A stretch of DNA of 57,485 bases, taken from a virus. Its lineage: Duplodnaviria; Heunggongvirae; Uroviricota; Caudoviricetes. The stretch is taken from positions 79,712-137,196 of the IMG/VR virus record IMGVR_UViG_3300047476_001238, one strand, 5' to 3'. Positions 18,176 through 27,324 of the stretch are shown here, one piece after another; positions within the stretch are counted from its first letter, which is position 1; the number at the start of each line of letters is the position of its first letter. A model generated the notes under the pieces. It was not told the DNA's origin. It ran no database searches and was given only the letters and a program-made list of their open reading frames with translations. Position numbers and translations under genes: made by a program.

Positions 18176-18966
18176 TTTGCAAATTTGTCTTTCTTGGGAC
18201 GGCCACGGCCTTTCTTTGCTACCTCACCTGTTTCATTGTCTGTGTCTGGTTCGTCTTTTTGTGCTGATCCACCATAACGTTTACCGGCTTTGATTCCACT
18301 ACCGCCGCTGGGCTGAGGGCCGCTGCGTTCTTTGGCAGCTTTCATCATGTCGTCCCATCCCTCGTGTACTGGCTCCATTTCGCCGTCGCCGTCTAGGTCA
18401 GCTTGCTTTAAACCTTGTGCTCTGGCTTTTGCAAGATTGCCTGAAAACTTATTACCTTCAGTTTTCTTGTCTTTCTTGGCGCCTGCAATTTTGTCTGCGT
18501 AAGTAATTTTGTCTTTGGGCTCAGCTAACGCTGCAAACTTCTTTTGTGCAGGTGACAGCATGTCTTCGTTGTATTCACCTTCATCCATCTTGTCGTGTTT
18601 AGCACGAATCTTGGCCATTTTTTCTTTGCTAGCACCATCGCGCCCAGCTTGTTGTAGGGCCTTCATGCCTTGCTCGCCGTATTTCTTTTTACCCAAGTAA
18701 GCTTGTAAGCCGCTTTCTTCCATCTCGCGTTCGCTCAATTGTTTTTTGTGATTGTTGTATTTCTCTGCCAACTGTTTTTCAACACGAGCAACTGCTTCGC
18801 CAATAGCACCTTTACTTTTTTCTTTGGCAGCTTTTTTCAATGGTTCTTTCTTGTCACTATCTTTATCAAGGAAATCAGGCTTGGCTTTTTTGCCTTCATT
18901 TAGGCTCTGCTTGGGTGCTTCTAGGTTTTCCATCTTCTTTAAGATGTCATAGATATTGTTGCTCAT
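18172..18966 (-). CDS. Highly charged probable internal head protein
   Basis: Lys/Glu-rich, several hydrophobic-x-E sites, DLDGDGE (Dx[DN]xDG-type) motif. Confidence 0.55.
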   Translation of the reverse strand: MSNNIYDILKKMENLEAPKQSLNEGKKAKPDFLDKDSDKKEPLKKAAKEKSKGAIGEAVARVEKQLAEKYNNHKKQLSEREMEESGLQAYLGKKKYGEQGMKALQQAGRDGASKEKMAKIRAKHDKMDEGEYNEDMLSPAQKKFAALAEPKDKITYADKIAGAKKDKKTEGNKFSGNLAKARAQGLKQADLDGDGEMEPVHEGWDDMMKAAKERSGPQPSGGSGIKAGKRYGGSAQKDEPDTDNETGEVAKKGRGRPKKDKFAK

Positions 18967-19586
18967 TTGTTTTTTCCTTTAATGGGTGGTAATTTATTTT
19001 GTTGGCTTCCTACCGGGCTCTTAGTGCCTTGTGGTAGTGCATTAGTTGTTTGCGCTGGCTTGGTTCTTTCGCTGGCACGGGTTGAAGTTAATTCTGGCTC
19101 TTTAAATCCAGTTAACTTAGGTGACTGTGCGTCTAGTTCTTTTAATAAACTGTCTTTGCGTTTGTCGCCCACTAGGTCCTGTCCGCCAGGAACGTCTTGA
19201 AGTTCACTGTCCAATAGCAATGACCCTTCGTGGTCTTTGCCATATGCTTCAGCATAATCATTTTGATCGGCTTGTTGTTTACCGTAAACACAAACCCACT
19301 CAGCTTGCATGCCGGTGCGCTCTTTTAACAGTTGTGCAATTTGTACACTGGTTGTGGGGTAAGCAACTGTGGCTTCAAACTGCCAGCATTCGCAAGGTCC
19401 CCATTTTGGAAACTCTCTGTGTTCTTGTACGGGCATACTTTTTGGTGCGGTAATATCTACCAGCTCGTACGCATCAAGAGCATTCTTAATTTCTTCCATA
19501 ATATCTTTAGGATCTTGCTTTGCTACTTTGATCCTAAAAGCATAATTTGAATTTCGTTCGGCTATATAATCGTGAAGACTTTTCAT
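18963..19586 (-). CDS. Probable internal head protein
   Basis: MKSLHDYIAE N-terminus; TAAATA box (19610-19615) and AGGA SD. Confidence 0.6.
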   Translation of the reverse strand: MKSLHDYIAERNSNYAFRIKVAKQDPKDIMEEIKNALDAYELVDITAPKSMPVQEHREFPKWGPCECWQFEATVAYPTTSVQIAQLLKERTGMQAEWVCVYGKQQADQNDYAEAYGKDHEGSLLLDSELQDVPGGQDLVGDKRKDSLLKELDAQSPKLTGFKEPELTSTRASERTKPAQTTNALPQGTKSPVGSQQNKLPPIKGKNK

Positions 19587-19612
19587 AGGTTTTATCCTGT
19601 TTTATAGAGTAT

Positions 19613-20110
19613 TTATGTGTTTTTGTTCTTTTGGAGAATCTGTTCCAGTAGTGCATTGCGATCCAGCACAATACCTTGTCCATCTATAGGACGATCCTCG
19701 GGACTATCTTTGCTCATTTGATGATCTAATCTGGCCTTTTGTAGCTGTAATTGTACCATACGCAGCTTCTTGTCCATCTTGGCTGTTTTTGCAGTAATAG
19801 CATGCCCCAACAGTGTGCCGGCAGTTTGAAATACTACCCCGCCAAAACGCGGATCCATATTCATTCCTAGGTCCATTAGATCTTCAAACTTGCTTTTTGC
19901 TAAGTCAGCCAGTTCATCCATTTCTTCGTCGCTGGCTTCAAGATCGCGCACAGTGGGCAACGCTATATCAATCTTGTCTATAGCATCATCAACCCTGGCA
20001 ATGATGTCTTTGTTTTCGGCAATTGTTTTGAGTGCGTCATCGGACTCTGCAGAATCTGTTGACGGGAGATCTGTGGGTAGATCAAATAGTTCAGATAATT
20101 TTTTGGTCAT
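19613..20110 (-). CDS. Possible terminase small subunit (gp16-like)
   Basis: Size, helical character and DPRFGGVVFQTAGTLL loosely resemble the gp16 core; next to gp4; weak evidence. Confidence 0.4.
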   Translation of the reverse strand: MTKKLSELFDLPTDLPSTDSAESDDALKTIAENKDIIARVDDAIDKIDIALPTVRDLEASDEEMDELADLAKSKFEDLMDLGMNMDPRFGGVVFQTAGTLLGHAITAKTAKMDKKLRMVQLQLQKARLDHQMSKDSPEDRPIDGQGIVLDRNALLEQILQKNKNT

Positions 20111-20118
20111 GCTCGTAT

Positions 20119-20556
20119 TTACCGAGCTCGTCCTTGATGAAACATATCATTTTCTGTTAGTACCCGGAATCGCAGTCCGTTTTGGCTGCACCAGGCTTGT
20201 GCAGCTTGCCATTTATACATGTTCAATACTGCTGCTGCTTGATCTCTAGCACTACGTGCTTCTTGTAAGTTTGTTTGTTTATTTGGTTTAATTTCAATCA
20301 GCTCGCCAAATTTTTCACCATTTTTGTTTACATACATGATCATGAAATCAGGTACGTAGATTGTGTTCTTGTTTGTAAACGGATTACGATAGGGAATGTG
20401 TATAGCTTCACTGGCCCATTGCAACACTGCTGGATTGGTATCACAGAAGCGCATGAAAGTATGTTCCCAACTGCTTCTGAAATGCGGAACTTTCTTTCCC
20501 ACATACTTGTCTGGGTTCATGATTTGATAGAACCCGTTTGCAAACTTTGCAGCCAT
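20119..20556 (-). CDS. 4: Head completion nuclease, T4 gp4-like
   Basis: NPDKYVG, FRSSWE, WASE, IPY, YVPDF, IEIKP. Confidence 0.9.
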   Translation of the reverse strand: MAAKFANGFYQIMNPDKYVGKKVPHFRSSWEHTFMRFCDTNPAVLQWASEAIHIPYRNPFTNKNTIYVPDFMIMYVNKNGEKFGELIEIKPNKQTNLQEARSARDQAAAVLNMYKWQAAQAWCSQNGLRFRVLTENDMFHQGRAR

Positions 20557-20951
20557 TATGGTCTAATAGATCTTTGTATATATTTGTTAACTTGAGGCTG
20601 GTTGCTTAACCCTAGGTAGCTGGTACCTTTGCGTTCAAAATTTAAAAACATCGCTGTGTATGCATCAAGTTCGCCTTTTGGCAGTTTTTGAAATTCTTTC
20701 AATGTTTCCATTGGATTAAGTCCTTGCTTGACACTGGTATATATAACCGCACTGGCAAGAGCTCGAGCCGATTCTTTGTTGTCTGTGACTTGTTCAAAAT
20801 ATGCCACAATAGCTGAATCAACGTTGCTGCTGACTTCAACTGGTATTTCAAAAAAATTATTAAAATACTTGTTGGTATCTTTTGTCTCAATAGCATTTAA
20901 ATTGATTTGTCCTAGATTGGTAGGTTCTTTTGCTCGTATTAAATTGGCCAT
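20556..20951 (-). CDS. Hypothetical protein, probably structural
   Basis: 131 aa; coupled to gp4 (TAATG); no family recognised. Confidence 0.6.
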   Translation of the reverse strand: MANLIRAKEPTNLGQINLNAIETKDTNKYFNNFFEIPVEVSSNVDSAIVAYFEQVTDNKESARALASAVIYTSVKQGLNPMETLKEFQKLPKGELDAYTAMFLNFERKGTSYLGLSNQPQVNKYIQRSIRP

Positions 20952-20952
20952 A

Positions 20953-21135
20953 TCAATCTTTCATTATTTTTTGATTGCTGGGCACTCGAGGAATAGTGGT
21001 ACCCATTGAGCTGGTATTTGTTGATTCCAGGTATTTTTCCTGTGTGATCCGATCTGCGTTTGCCTGCTGTTCTGCAGTAAGGCCGCTGCTATTTCCAAAT
21101 AGTGTAGTTGAAAAAATTTGACTGTTTGCTGTCAT
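20953..21135 (-). CDS. Small hypothetical protein (start refined to 21135)
   Basis: MTANSQIFS... fills the gap between flanking genes with 1-nt spacing on each side. Confidence 0.5.
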   Translation of the reverse strand: MTANSQIFSTTLFGNSSGLTAEQQANADRITQEKYLESTNTSSMGTTIPRVPSNQKIMKD

Positions 21136-21136
21136 T

Positions 21137-22792
21137 TTATGTGTTCTCTGGGTTAGTTGAGCGTCCCACTTGATTGCCAGCATAGCTAAGTGCCGGTTGC
21201 GGATTACCGTTATCTACAAACTGTTTGGCTTCATTGCTGGCCAAGTTAGTAAATGCCACTGATGTGGTACTGGTTCCTGGTATCACTGTTCTATTGTACG
21301 GTGTCTGTGCCAATGGACTGGTTGATGTCACTTCAGTCGCTGTACCAGTTGTAAACGTTGGTGTGGTTGCACCAGGGCCTGTAGTATAATATGATCTATA
21401 AGCATCAGCCTGTTCTTTGTTCTTCTTTTCTTGTTCGGCTTTTGCTTTGGCTTCTCTTTCTTTTGCCACTTTCTGCAGCGATGCGCCAAAGCTAAAGAAG
21501 TCCAACGGCGAACTGCTAGACACTGCTTGTAATGCTTCAGTATTACTGGTTTCTGCGGGTTTTTCAATATTCACTGTTTTATCCAATGAGCCACCGGTGA
21601 TCTGATTCTTGTTGTTGACCAATAGACCAGCTATAGCAAGACCGGCTCCTATTTCTGGTTTACCGGCAATGGCCAATGCTGCGCCACCTCCTATTAGTCC
21701 TGTACCAAGACTGATACTTGATCCATTGCTGTTAACGCTGCCAGGAGCTACCCCGGCTTCGCCCGGTGTTGTTGATGGAGTTCGGCCAGGTCTATTTGCT
21801 AAACTTCCAGCAGCTGGAATAAAGAATCTATCTCTTGGGTCTCTTCCGTTTAATATGTCCATGCCGGATGTTAAAAGCTCTGCACTGGCAAGACCTTTGA
21901 GGTCAACATTTTTGTTTTTGTTGTATGATCTGAATAGGCCAAATGCTCCCGCGGCGGGATTTCTAACAAATCCATCAAGTGCTGAAACTATACCACCTGG
22001 ACCAAGTATACTGTTAGTACCTCCACCAGCTGCCGTTAACGGACTAGGCGACTTGTCATAATGTAAATCTGCAAATCCTTTTACAGTATTTTTTGTCACA
22101 TAACCACTGGCATATAACATTGTGGTGTACGCTAGTGTCATTGAATGTTCAAGTCCGCCATTGCTGCTGGCATTGTGATTGCCGTGACTGAACTGAACAA
22201 TCATGGGATTAACCAATGTGTATTCGCTGAATTTTTTCTGGTGTAAACTATAAATTCTAATAGCCTGGATATACTGCGGACCGTTAACTCCACCACCGTT
22301 TCTTGGAGTATATCCAAAATTATTTAAAATATCTCTTTGCCCAAGTCTATACTGACTTTTTGAATGATACAAAGGATGCACGGTTCCTGCACTGTCTGAA
22401 TAGCTAGCATCCATATCTCTATAGTAGTGATTAAAATAATCAAACCATAGATTTCTAACTACATCAGACTGATCGTCGTGAAATGTTATTTGTACTGTGT
22501 CGTATTTTACTTTGGTTTGTACAACTTCTGGTCTGTTGTACATGTTGAATGTTTTTGTGTCAATGCTGAATTTGGGAAGATCAACTGATTTGACCAGCAT
22601 GCCAGCTTCAAGTACTCGATCTCTGGCAACTTTTGTCAGTGTAGGATCTAGATCAAAATAAACATGATACAACCAGTCGTACTTTGGGCTCAGTGCGTAG
22701 TTGTTGTCAACATACAATCTACTGGCGTGCTTAAAATCTTTAATCTGGTCGCCAGTGGCCAATTGTGTCAAAAAGCCGTCAAAAATTCCCAT
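21137..22792 (-). CDS. Baseplate tail-tube initiator/cap-like protein (gp54/gp48-like) with long low-complexity tail
   Basis: Tube-like fold motifs VKSVDLPKF...YNR...ITFHDD; directly downstream of gp19. Confidence 0.6.
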   Translation of the reverse strand: MGIFDGFLTQLATGDQIKDFKHASRLYVDNNYALSPKYDWLYHVYFDLDPTLTKVARDRVLEAGMLVKSVDLPKFSIDTKTFNMYNRPEVVQTKVKYDTVQITFHDDQSDVVRNLWFDYFNHYYRDMDASYSDSAGTVHPLYHSKSQYRLGQRDILNNFGYTPRNGGGVNGPQYIQAIRIYSLHQKKFSEYTLVNPMIVQFSHGNHNASSNGGLEHSMTLAYTTMLYASGYVTKNTVKGFADLHYDKSPSPLTAAGGGTNSILGPGGIVSALDGFVRNPAAGAFGLFRSYNKNKNVDLKGLASAELLTSGMDILNGRDPRDRFFIPAAGSLANRPGRTPSTTPGEAGVAPGSVNSNGSSISLGTGLIGGGAALAIAGKPEIGAGLAIAGLLVNNKNQITGGSLDKTVNIEKPAETSNTEALQAVSSSSPLDFFSFGASLQKVAKEREAKAKAEQEKKNKEQADAYRSYYTTGPGATTPTFTTGTATEVTSTSPLAQTPYNRTVIPGTSTTSVAFTNLASNEAKQFVDNGNPQPALSYAGNQVGRSTNPENT

Positions 22793-22818
22793 AATATACC
22801 TTTTAAAATATTTATGCC

Positions 22819-22846
22819 AAAAAAAATACCCGGATTTCTCCGGGTA
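22819..22846 (-). terminator. Rho-independent terminator after the tail tube gene
   Basis: TACCCGGA-GAAA-TCCGGGTA followed by T8. Confidence 0.9.
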
Positions 22847-22868
22847 CTCAAAAGTAAAACTTTTTTAA

Positions 22869-23492
22869 TTAGGTCACGCCTGTGATCAATGTGCCTAGAG
22901 TACGTCCTACTGCTGTTCCAACTCCGGTACCAGTTGGAGTTTGGATTGCATTGTCGTATGTGACTGTTAGTGTGATATCTGCAGGACTATTTTCTGAATA
23001 TGACATTTCACCGTAGTTTACTTGGTTAACAAATGCGCCATACAGCTCCCATGTTTCTAATACGTTAGGTTGATTAGCTCCGTTGCCGCCATCTAACATT
23101 TCAAATTTTAGAACAAATTTATAATCAATACCAGAGCTGGCCGATGCTTGTTCCATAAAATCAAACTGCTTCTGAATCTGTTCACCAACTAACTTAGACA
23201 CGTTGCCGCCTGCATCATCTCGTAATACAACTGTCACTGGTTCCCAACTTGGTTTACCAACTAAGTTAACCTTGCTGTTATAAGCCTCAATAACAAAAGG
23301 ATTGAAGTTTACATTAGGACGGCTAATGCTATTAACTTGTTTGGTTAATTCTACTCTGTCGCTACTTACACCAAAATTTTCAAATACCGCACGGAAGCGA
23401 TATTTTAACTTAGGCATTAGCAGACCTTGTGTGCTAGCACTCTGATTAGTTGCTAAAGGTACTGTAAATCTGTTTAATGAGGCTATTGCCAT
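22869..23492 (-). CDS. 19: Tail tube protein gp19
   Basis: PKLKYRFR, GKPSWEPVTVVLRDD, WELYGAFV, LTVTYDNA; follows the sheath gene. Confidence 0.9.
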   Translation of the reverse strand: MAIASLNRFTVPLATNQSASTQGLLMPKLKYRFRAVFENFGVSSDRVELTKQVNSISRPNVNFNPFVIEAYNSKVNLVGKPSWEPVTVVLRDDAGGNVSKLVGEQIQKQFDFMEQASASSGIDYKFVLKFEMLDGGNGANQPNVLETWELYGAFVNQVNYGEMSYSENSPADITLTVTYDNAIQTPTGTGVGTAVGRTLGTLITGVT

Positions 23493-23541
23493 TTATATTC
23501 TCCTGTTATAGGTATTTATCAATTTTTTTCCAAAATTTTTC

Positions 23542-23560
23542 GGGGGTAAAAATTACCCCC
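23542..23560. other. Perfect 8-bp hairpin between sheath and tube genes, without a U-tract
   Basis: GGGGGTAA-AAA-TTACCCCC. Confidence 0.6.
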
Positions 23561-23568
23561 TACCCATA

Positions 23569-26500
23569 TTATACGCCTGCTGCTATGTCACCTGGATTCT
23601 TTAATCTAATTGGAATAAAGATAAACTCAACATCCTTCATTGGTTCGATCGCAATGTCTACATACAATTCATTACGAGCAATACGTGTAGGTGTGTTGTT
23701 GGTGTCATCACAAACAACTAGATAATCGTAAATACCGCGTTTAGCTACAAGATCATTAATTGCACCTGAGATAATATTCTTGATCTGGTCGCGAGTAATT
23801 TTATCATTAGGTTCAAACAAGAATCCGTTGCCAACATTGGCCAGTATTGTACGGATGTAGTTAACTAGACGTGCAACATTGATACGATCAAGACTGCTTG
23901 CAGTTGGGTTGCGAGTCTTTTGACCCCAAACAACTAGGCCAACACCTGGTAAGTTAGTGATTGGATTGATCTTGTTTTCGTATAATGTGTCACGTAAACC
24001 AGTACGAATACTGTTGAATTCAAATTCGCCTGTGGTAGCATTGATATAACCAATGCTGCTTGCATTGTCAACTAGTCCACGACGTGTACCAGCTGGTGCA
24101 AACCATTGATATGCAACGTTATCGTTAAAAATCATTGTGCGTAATGCCATATGACTTGCAGGAACAACAATGTCATTGCCTTGTAAGTCGCTGCTTCTAC
24201 CGCAAGGATAGTAAACGCCCAAGTAAGGATCAGCAGTTGCTAGACCGTCTCCGTTGGTATTATTGCTCCAGTTTGCAATGTCAATTGCATTAGGTGCCAG
24301 TCTCATTGGAGTGTCGCCAATGATAAATGCAGTGTTTGCACGATCATTGTTTAATGCTACCATTTCATCAATTAGTTCTGGATAACCTGGAGCACAAATA
24401 ATATTAAATGCATACTGTTCTTCTCTTACTTCTGTGTTTGCAATAATTGCTGCTTGCATAGCCGCTGTGACCATGCGACGCTGTGCTTGGCGACCCATAT
24501 AAGGACTGCCGTTATCCTTCAATCCGCTAGCTGTTTGCCATGTATCTTTGACAGCCGGTAAAGAACTGCCTGCACCTGGAACAGCTGGTAGATCAGGATA
24601 AGCGTTTGCATTGAACTTGTTGCTAACAAATTGTTTTACATTATAACCGCTACGACGGGTGTTGAATAACAACATACCACGTGGATATAGTCTGTAGTCT
24701 GGTGCATCCTGATCTAGATAATCACTTTCTAGTAGATCAGTAATTGCAGGCAATGAACCTGTAATAATGTCAGTGGTGCCGTCAGTGTCCCAACGTGCAT
24801 CAGCAAACACAATACCGTTTTGGCTTACTTGATCAGTGTTGTCAATCAAGATCCATGTATTGTTGTCGTCGTATCTGTATAGTGCAGGATAGTTTTCCAA
24901 GTCGCCGGTATCTAGCCATAGATCACCTGGAACTAAAGAAGTCACGCCGTCGCTTTGTTTTGTTGGCTCGCTTGCGCTAATAATAACACCGTTTGTGTCT
25001 GTAGCTGACAAATCATATCCTCGTGCATCAGTGGTGCTACCATCATAGTATGAACTATGATATGCTCTCCATCCACCAATTTCGTTGATCATGATGTCAA
25101 CTGATGCTGGATCACTGTAGTACCATAAAGTACCTTCTGCAGGTGCTCGGTATGGCTCAGTGGTGCTGTAAGTCAATACAAACGACGAAGTGTTTGGAAT
25201 TTCCCAGTTGGTCAATGCCAATGTGCTGCCGTATTGTAAAATACCAGTACTGCCGTCTACTGTGGTTGCACTAAATCCTGCATCCGAAGTTGGTGTACCC
25301 ACACTGTCTGTCAAATAAATGTCACCACCGTAAATGTGTGTAAATGTGATTACACCGCTGGTACTAACAGAGATATTAAGTTCAGGAATATTTAAAGCCA
25401 ACACATCACTAACAAACGATGCACGTGATGTACCAGTTAGAACTACAGTATATTCAATGATATTAGCTGATCCAATTTCAGTGACACCAATTACCAATTC
25501 GTCACTTGCTGTAAATGGGTTTGCGCCAACAGCGGTACCACCAATTACAGTTTGCCCGCTGGTGCGTCTACGGAATACTTTGTATCCACCTGTATCAGTA
25601 CGTAATGGATCGTATGCTACCCATAAGGTGCCTGCTGCGATACCATTTCCGCCGCCACTAGAATCTAATCCATAAATTGCATCTTCTGCACGATTGTAGA
25701 ATGGTGCTGCCAAAGTTGCCCAGGTATCGGTGCTGGAACTGTATCGTTTGACAACAATATCTGCACCGCTACCAGTTGCGCCAACTTTTGCAAACACGCT
25801 ACCGCTTGGACGAGGAACTGTGTCTGTGCTTCTCCAGCTTGGCATGGCTGCAAAATCACCGTATGTTAAAATAGGATTAGCATATGTACCAGCTGTAATT
25901 CCTAACAGTGTTAATGGAGCACCTGACAAGTTAGACGAAATAGCAATTTTACCATCAGCAGTTGAACCGTTGCTTTGTGCCAAGTTGCTTGCATATAGAT
26001 ATATTTTTCCGTTTACATTGGCTGCTGTGACACCAGTAATTGCTGCTGTATTAATTGCATTAACAATGTAATCTAGACTTCTTGTGACCGAAGTGTTCTG
26101 TAAATCAACAGTTTCAGTGTTGATAGTAATTGTATAAGAAGTTCCGTTTACAGGAGCTAATGGATTAGATGCTGTACCTTTGATTGCTGGCCAAGCAGTT
26201 TGCCATGCAGTGGTTCCCAATCTTACCCAAGTGTTGTAGTTTGCATTGTCTGTACGTAAATTATTACCTGCTTTGTAGAATAGGTTAGCATTTGTGCCTG
26301 TCCATGCTACAGCGTACTGACCAATTTGACCAATGCTGGTTTTTGGAACGTAAATACCACCGGATAAAGTAGCGTCAGTTGCATTGTCGGTGATTAGTAA
26401 TGGAGTCTTTAAACTGAACACATTGTTTACTGCGTCCCATTCATTGATGCCCCAAGTTGACTCTGCTAGATCCATCCAATGAGTTCCGTTTTCAACAGCA

Positions 26501-26880
26501 CCTGTTGGACGTACACTAGTACCTTCTAGTGCATTAAGATCTACGTCTGCACGGATAGCATAAATTCTGTTCACGTTGCCTAGTGCGCTATAAGCTGCCA
26601 TTAAGCCATATTCGTTTCGCTCATCTCCATGCAAAGGAGTGCCTGCTGCGCTTTGCTTGAAGCTAGGATATCCCATTGCGCTAATAAGTTCGCGCTGGCT
26701 ACTAAATGCCAATAGTCTACCTGCTCTAGCAGCGGTAGTATCAGACGCTAGGGCACCTGATGGATTTGTTTTATTTTGTGCAGTGGCCATTACAATTAAT
26801 GGAACAGTGCCAACTGCGCCTGGTACGTATTGACTTTCGTCGGTTACGCTAATTTCTAAACCTGGAGATACTAGTGCCAT
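23569..26880 (-). CDS. 18: Tail sheath protein gp18, enlarged to 1103 aa (start refined to 26880)
   Basis: LVSPG, APGYP, RDTLYENKINPI, WGQKT, LDRINVARL, FEPND. Confidence 0.95.
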   Translation of the reverse strand: MALVSPGLEISVTDESQYVPGAVGTVPLIVMATAQNKTNPSGALASDTTAARAGRLLAFSSQRELISAMGYPSFKQSAAGTPLHGDERNEYGLMAAYSALGNVNRIYAIRADVDLNALEGTSVRPTGAVENGTHWMDLAESTWGINEWDAVNNVFSLKTPLLITDNATDATLSGGIYVPKTSIGQIGQYAVAWTGTNANLFYKAGNNLRTDNANYNTWVRLGTTAWQTAWPAIKGTASNPLAPVNGTSYTITINTETVDLQNTSVTRSLDYIVNAINTAAITGVTAANVNGKIYLYASNLAQSNGSTADGKIAISSNLSGAPLTLLGITAGTYANPILTYGDFAAMPSWRSTDTVPRPSGSVFAKVGATGSGADIVVKRYSSSTDTWATLAAPFYNRAEDAIYGLDSSGGGNGIAAGTLWVAYDPLRTDTGGYKVFRRRTSGQTVIGGTAVGANPFTASDELVIGVTEIGSANIIEYTVVLTGTSRASFVSDVLALNIPELNISVSTSGVITFTHIYGGDIYLTDSVGTPTSDAGFSATTVDGSTGILQYGSTLALTNWEIPNTSSFVLTYSTTEPYRAPAEGTLWYYSDPASVDIMINEIGGWRAYHSSYYDGSTTDARGYDLSATDTNGVIISASEPTKQSDGVTSLVPGDLWLDTGDLENYPALYRYDDNNTWILIDNTDQVSQNGIVFADARWDTDGTTDIITGSLPAITDLLESDYLDQDAPDYRLYPRGMLLFNTRRSGYNVKQFVSNKFNANAYPDLPAVPGAGSSLPAVKDTWQTASGLKDNGSPYMGRQAQRRMVTAAMQAAIIANTEVREEQYAFNIICAPGYPELIDEMVALNNDRANTAFIIGDTPMRLAPNAIDIANWSNNTNGDGLATADPYLGVYYPCGRSSDLQGNDIVVPASHMALRTMIFNDNVAYQWFAPAGTRRGLVDNASSIGYINATTGEFEFNSIRTGLRDTLYENKINPITNLPGVGLVVWGQKTRNPTASSLDRINVARLVNYIRTILANVGNGFLFEPNDKITRDQIKNIISGAINDLVAKRGIYDYLVVCDDTNNTPTRIARNELYVDIAIEPMKDVEFIFIPIRLKNPGDIAAGV

Positions 26881-26909
26881 GTTTTTATCCTTTAACAAAC
26901 ATTTTGTAG

Positions 26910-26974
26910 TATTTATAAAAGGATATCTATTTTTGGTGGTTAGAGGTGCCTTTCGAAAGGTTTACCTATAAATA
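26910..26974. promoter_or_regulatory. Back-to-back TATAAATA late promoters separated by a 12-bp palindrome
   Basis: TATAAATA on minus 26917-26910 and on plus 26967-26974; CCTTTCGAAAGG at 26949-26960. Confidence 0.8.
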
Positions 26975-26979
26975 TCTGT

Positions 26980-27324
26980 ATGAATAGACCTTTATGTACC
27001 ATATGTCATGGCAATCCTGTTGCAATCAATTACCATTCTGAGGGAAAAGTACGTTATAGGAAACTGTGTTCCAGTTGTGCTCGCAAAGGAAAACGCACTC
27101 GTGCTTTACCCGGGTGGATTAAAGCAGGCTACAAGAAGAAAACTGTGTGTGATAAATGTGGCTTTAAAGCCAAATCAATCAATCAAATATTCGTGTTCCA
27201 CATTGATGGTAATTTAAAGAACAACGATTGGAGCAATCTTAAATCAGTGTGTGCAAACTGTAGGATTGAGATACACAATACTAAGACGACCTGGCGCGAG
27301 AGTCCGTTAGTAGCAGATTATTAA
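26980..27324 (+). CDS. Zn-finger/HNH-like protein with degenerate active site
   Basis: Four CxxC pairs; FVFHIDGNLKNNDWSNLKSVCANCRIEIH. Confidence 0.7.
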   Translation: MNRPLCTICHGNPVAINYHSEGKVRYRKLCSSCARKGKRTRALPGWIKAGYKKKTVCDKCGFKAKSINQIFVFHIDGNLKNNDWSNLKSVCANCRIEIHNTKTTWRESPLVADY

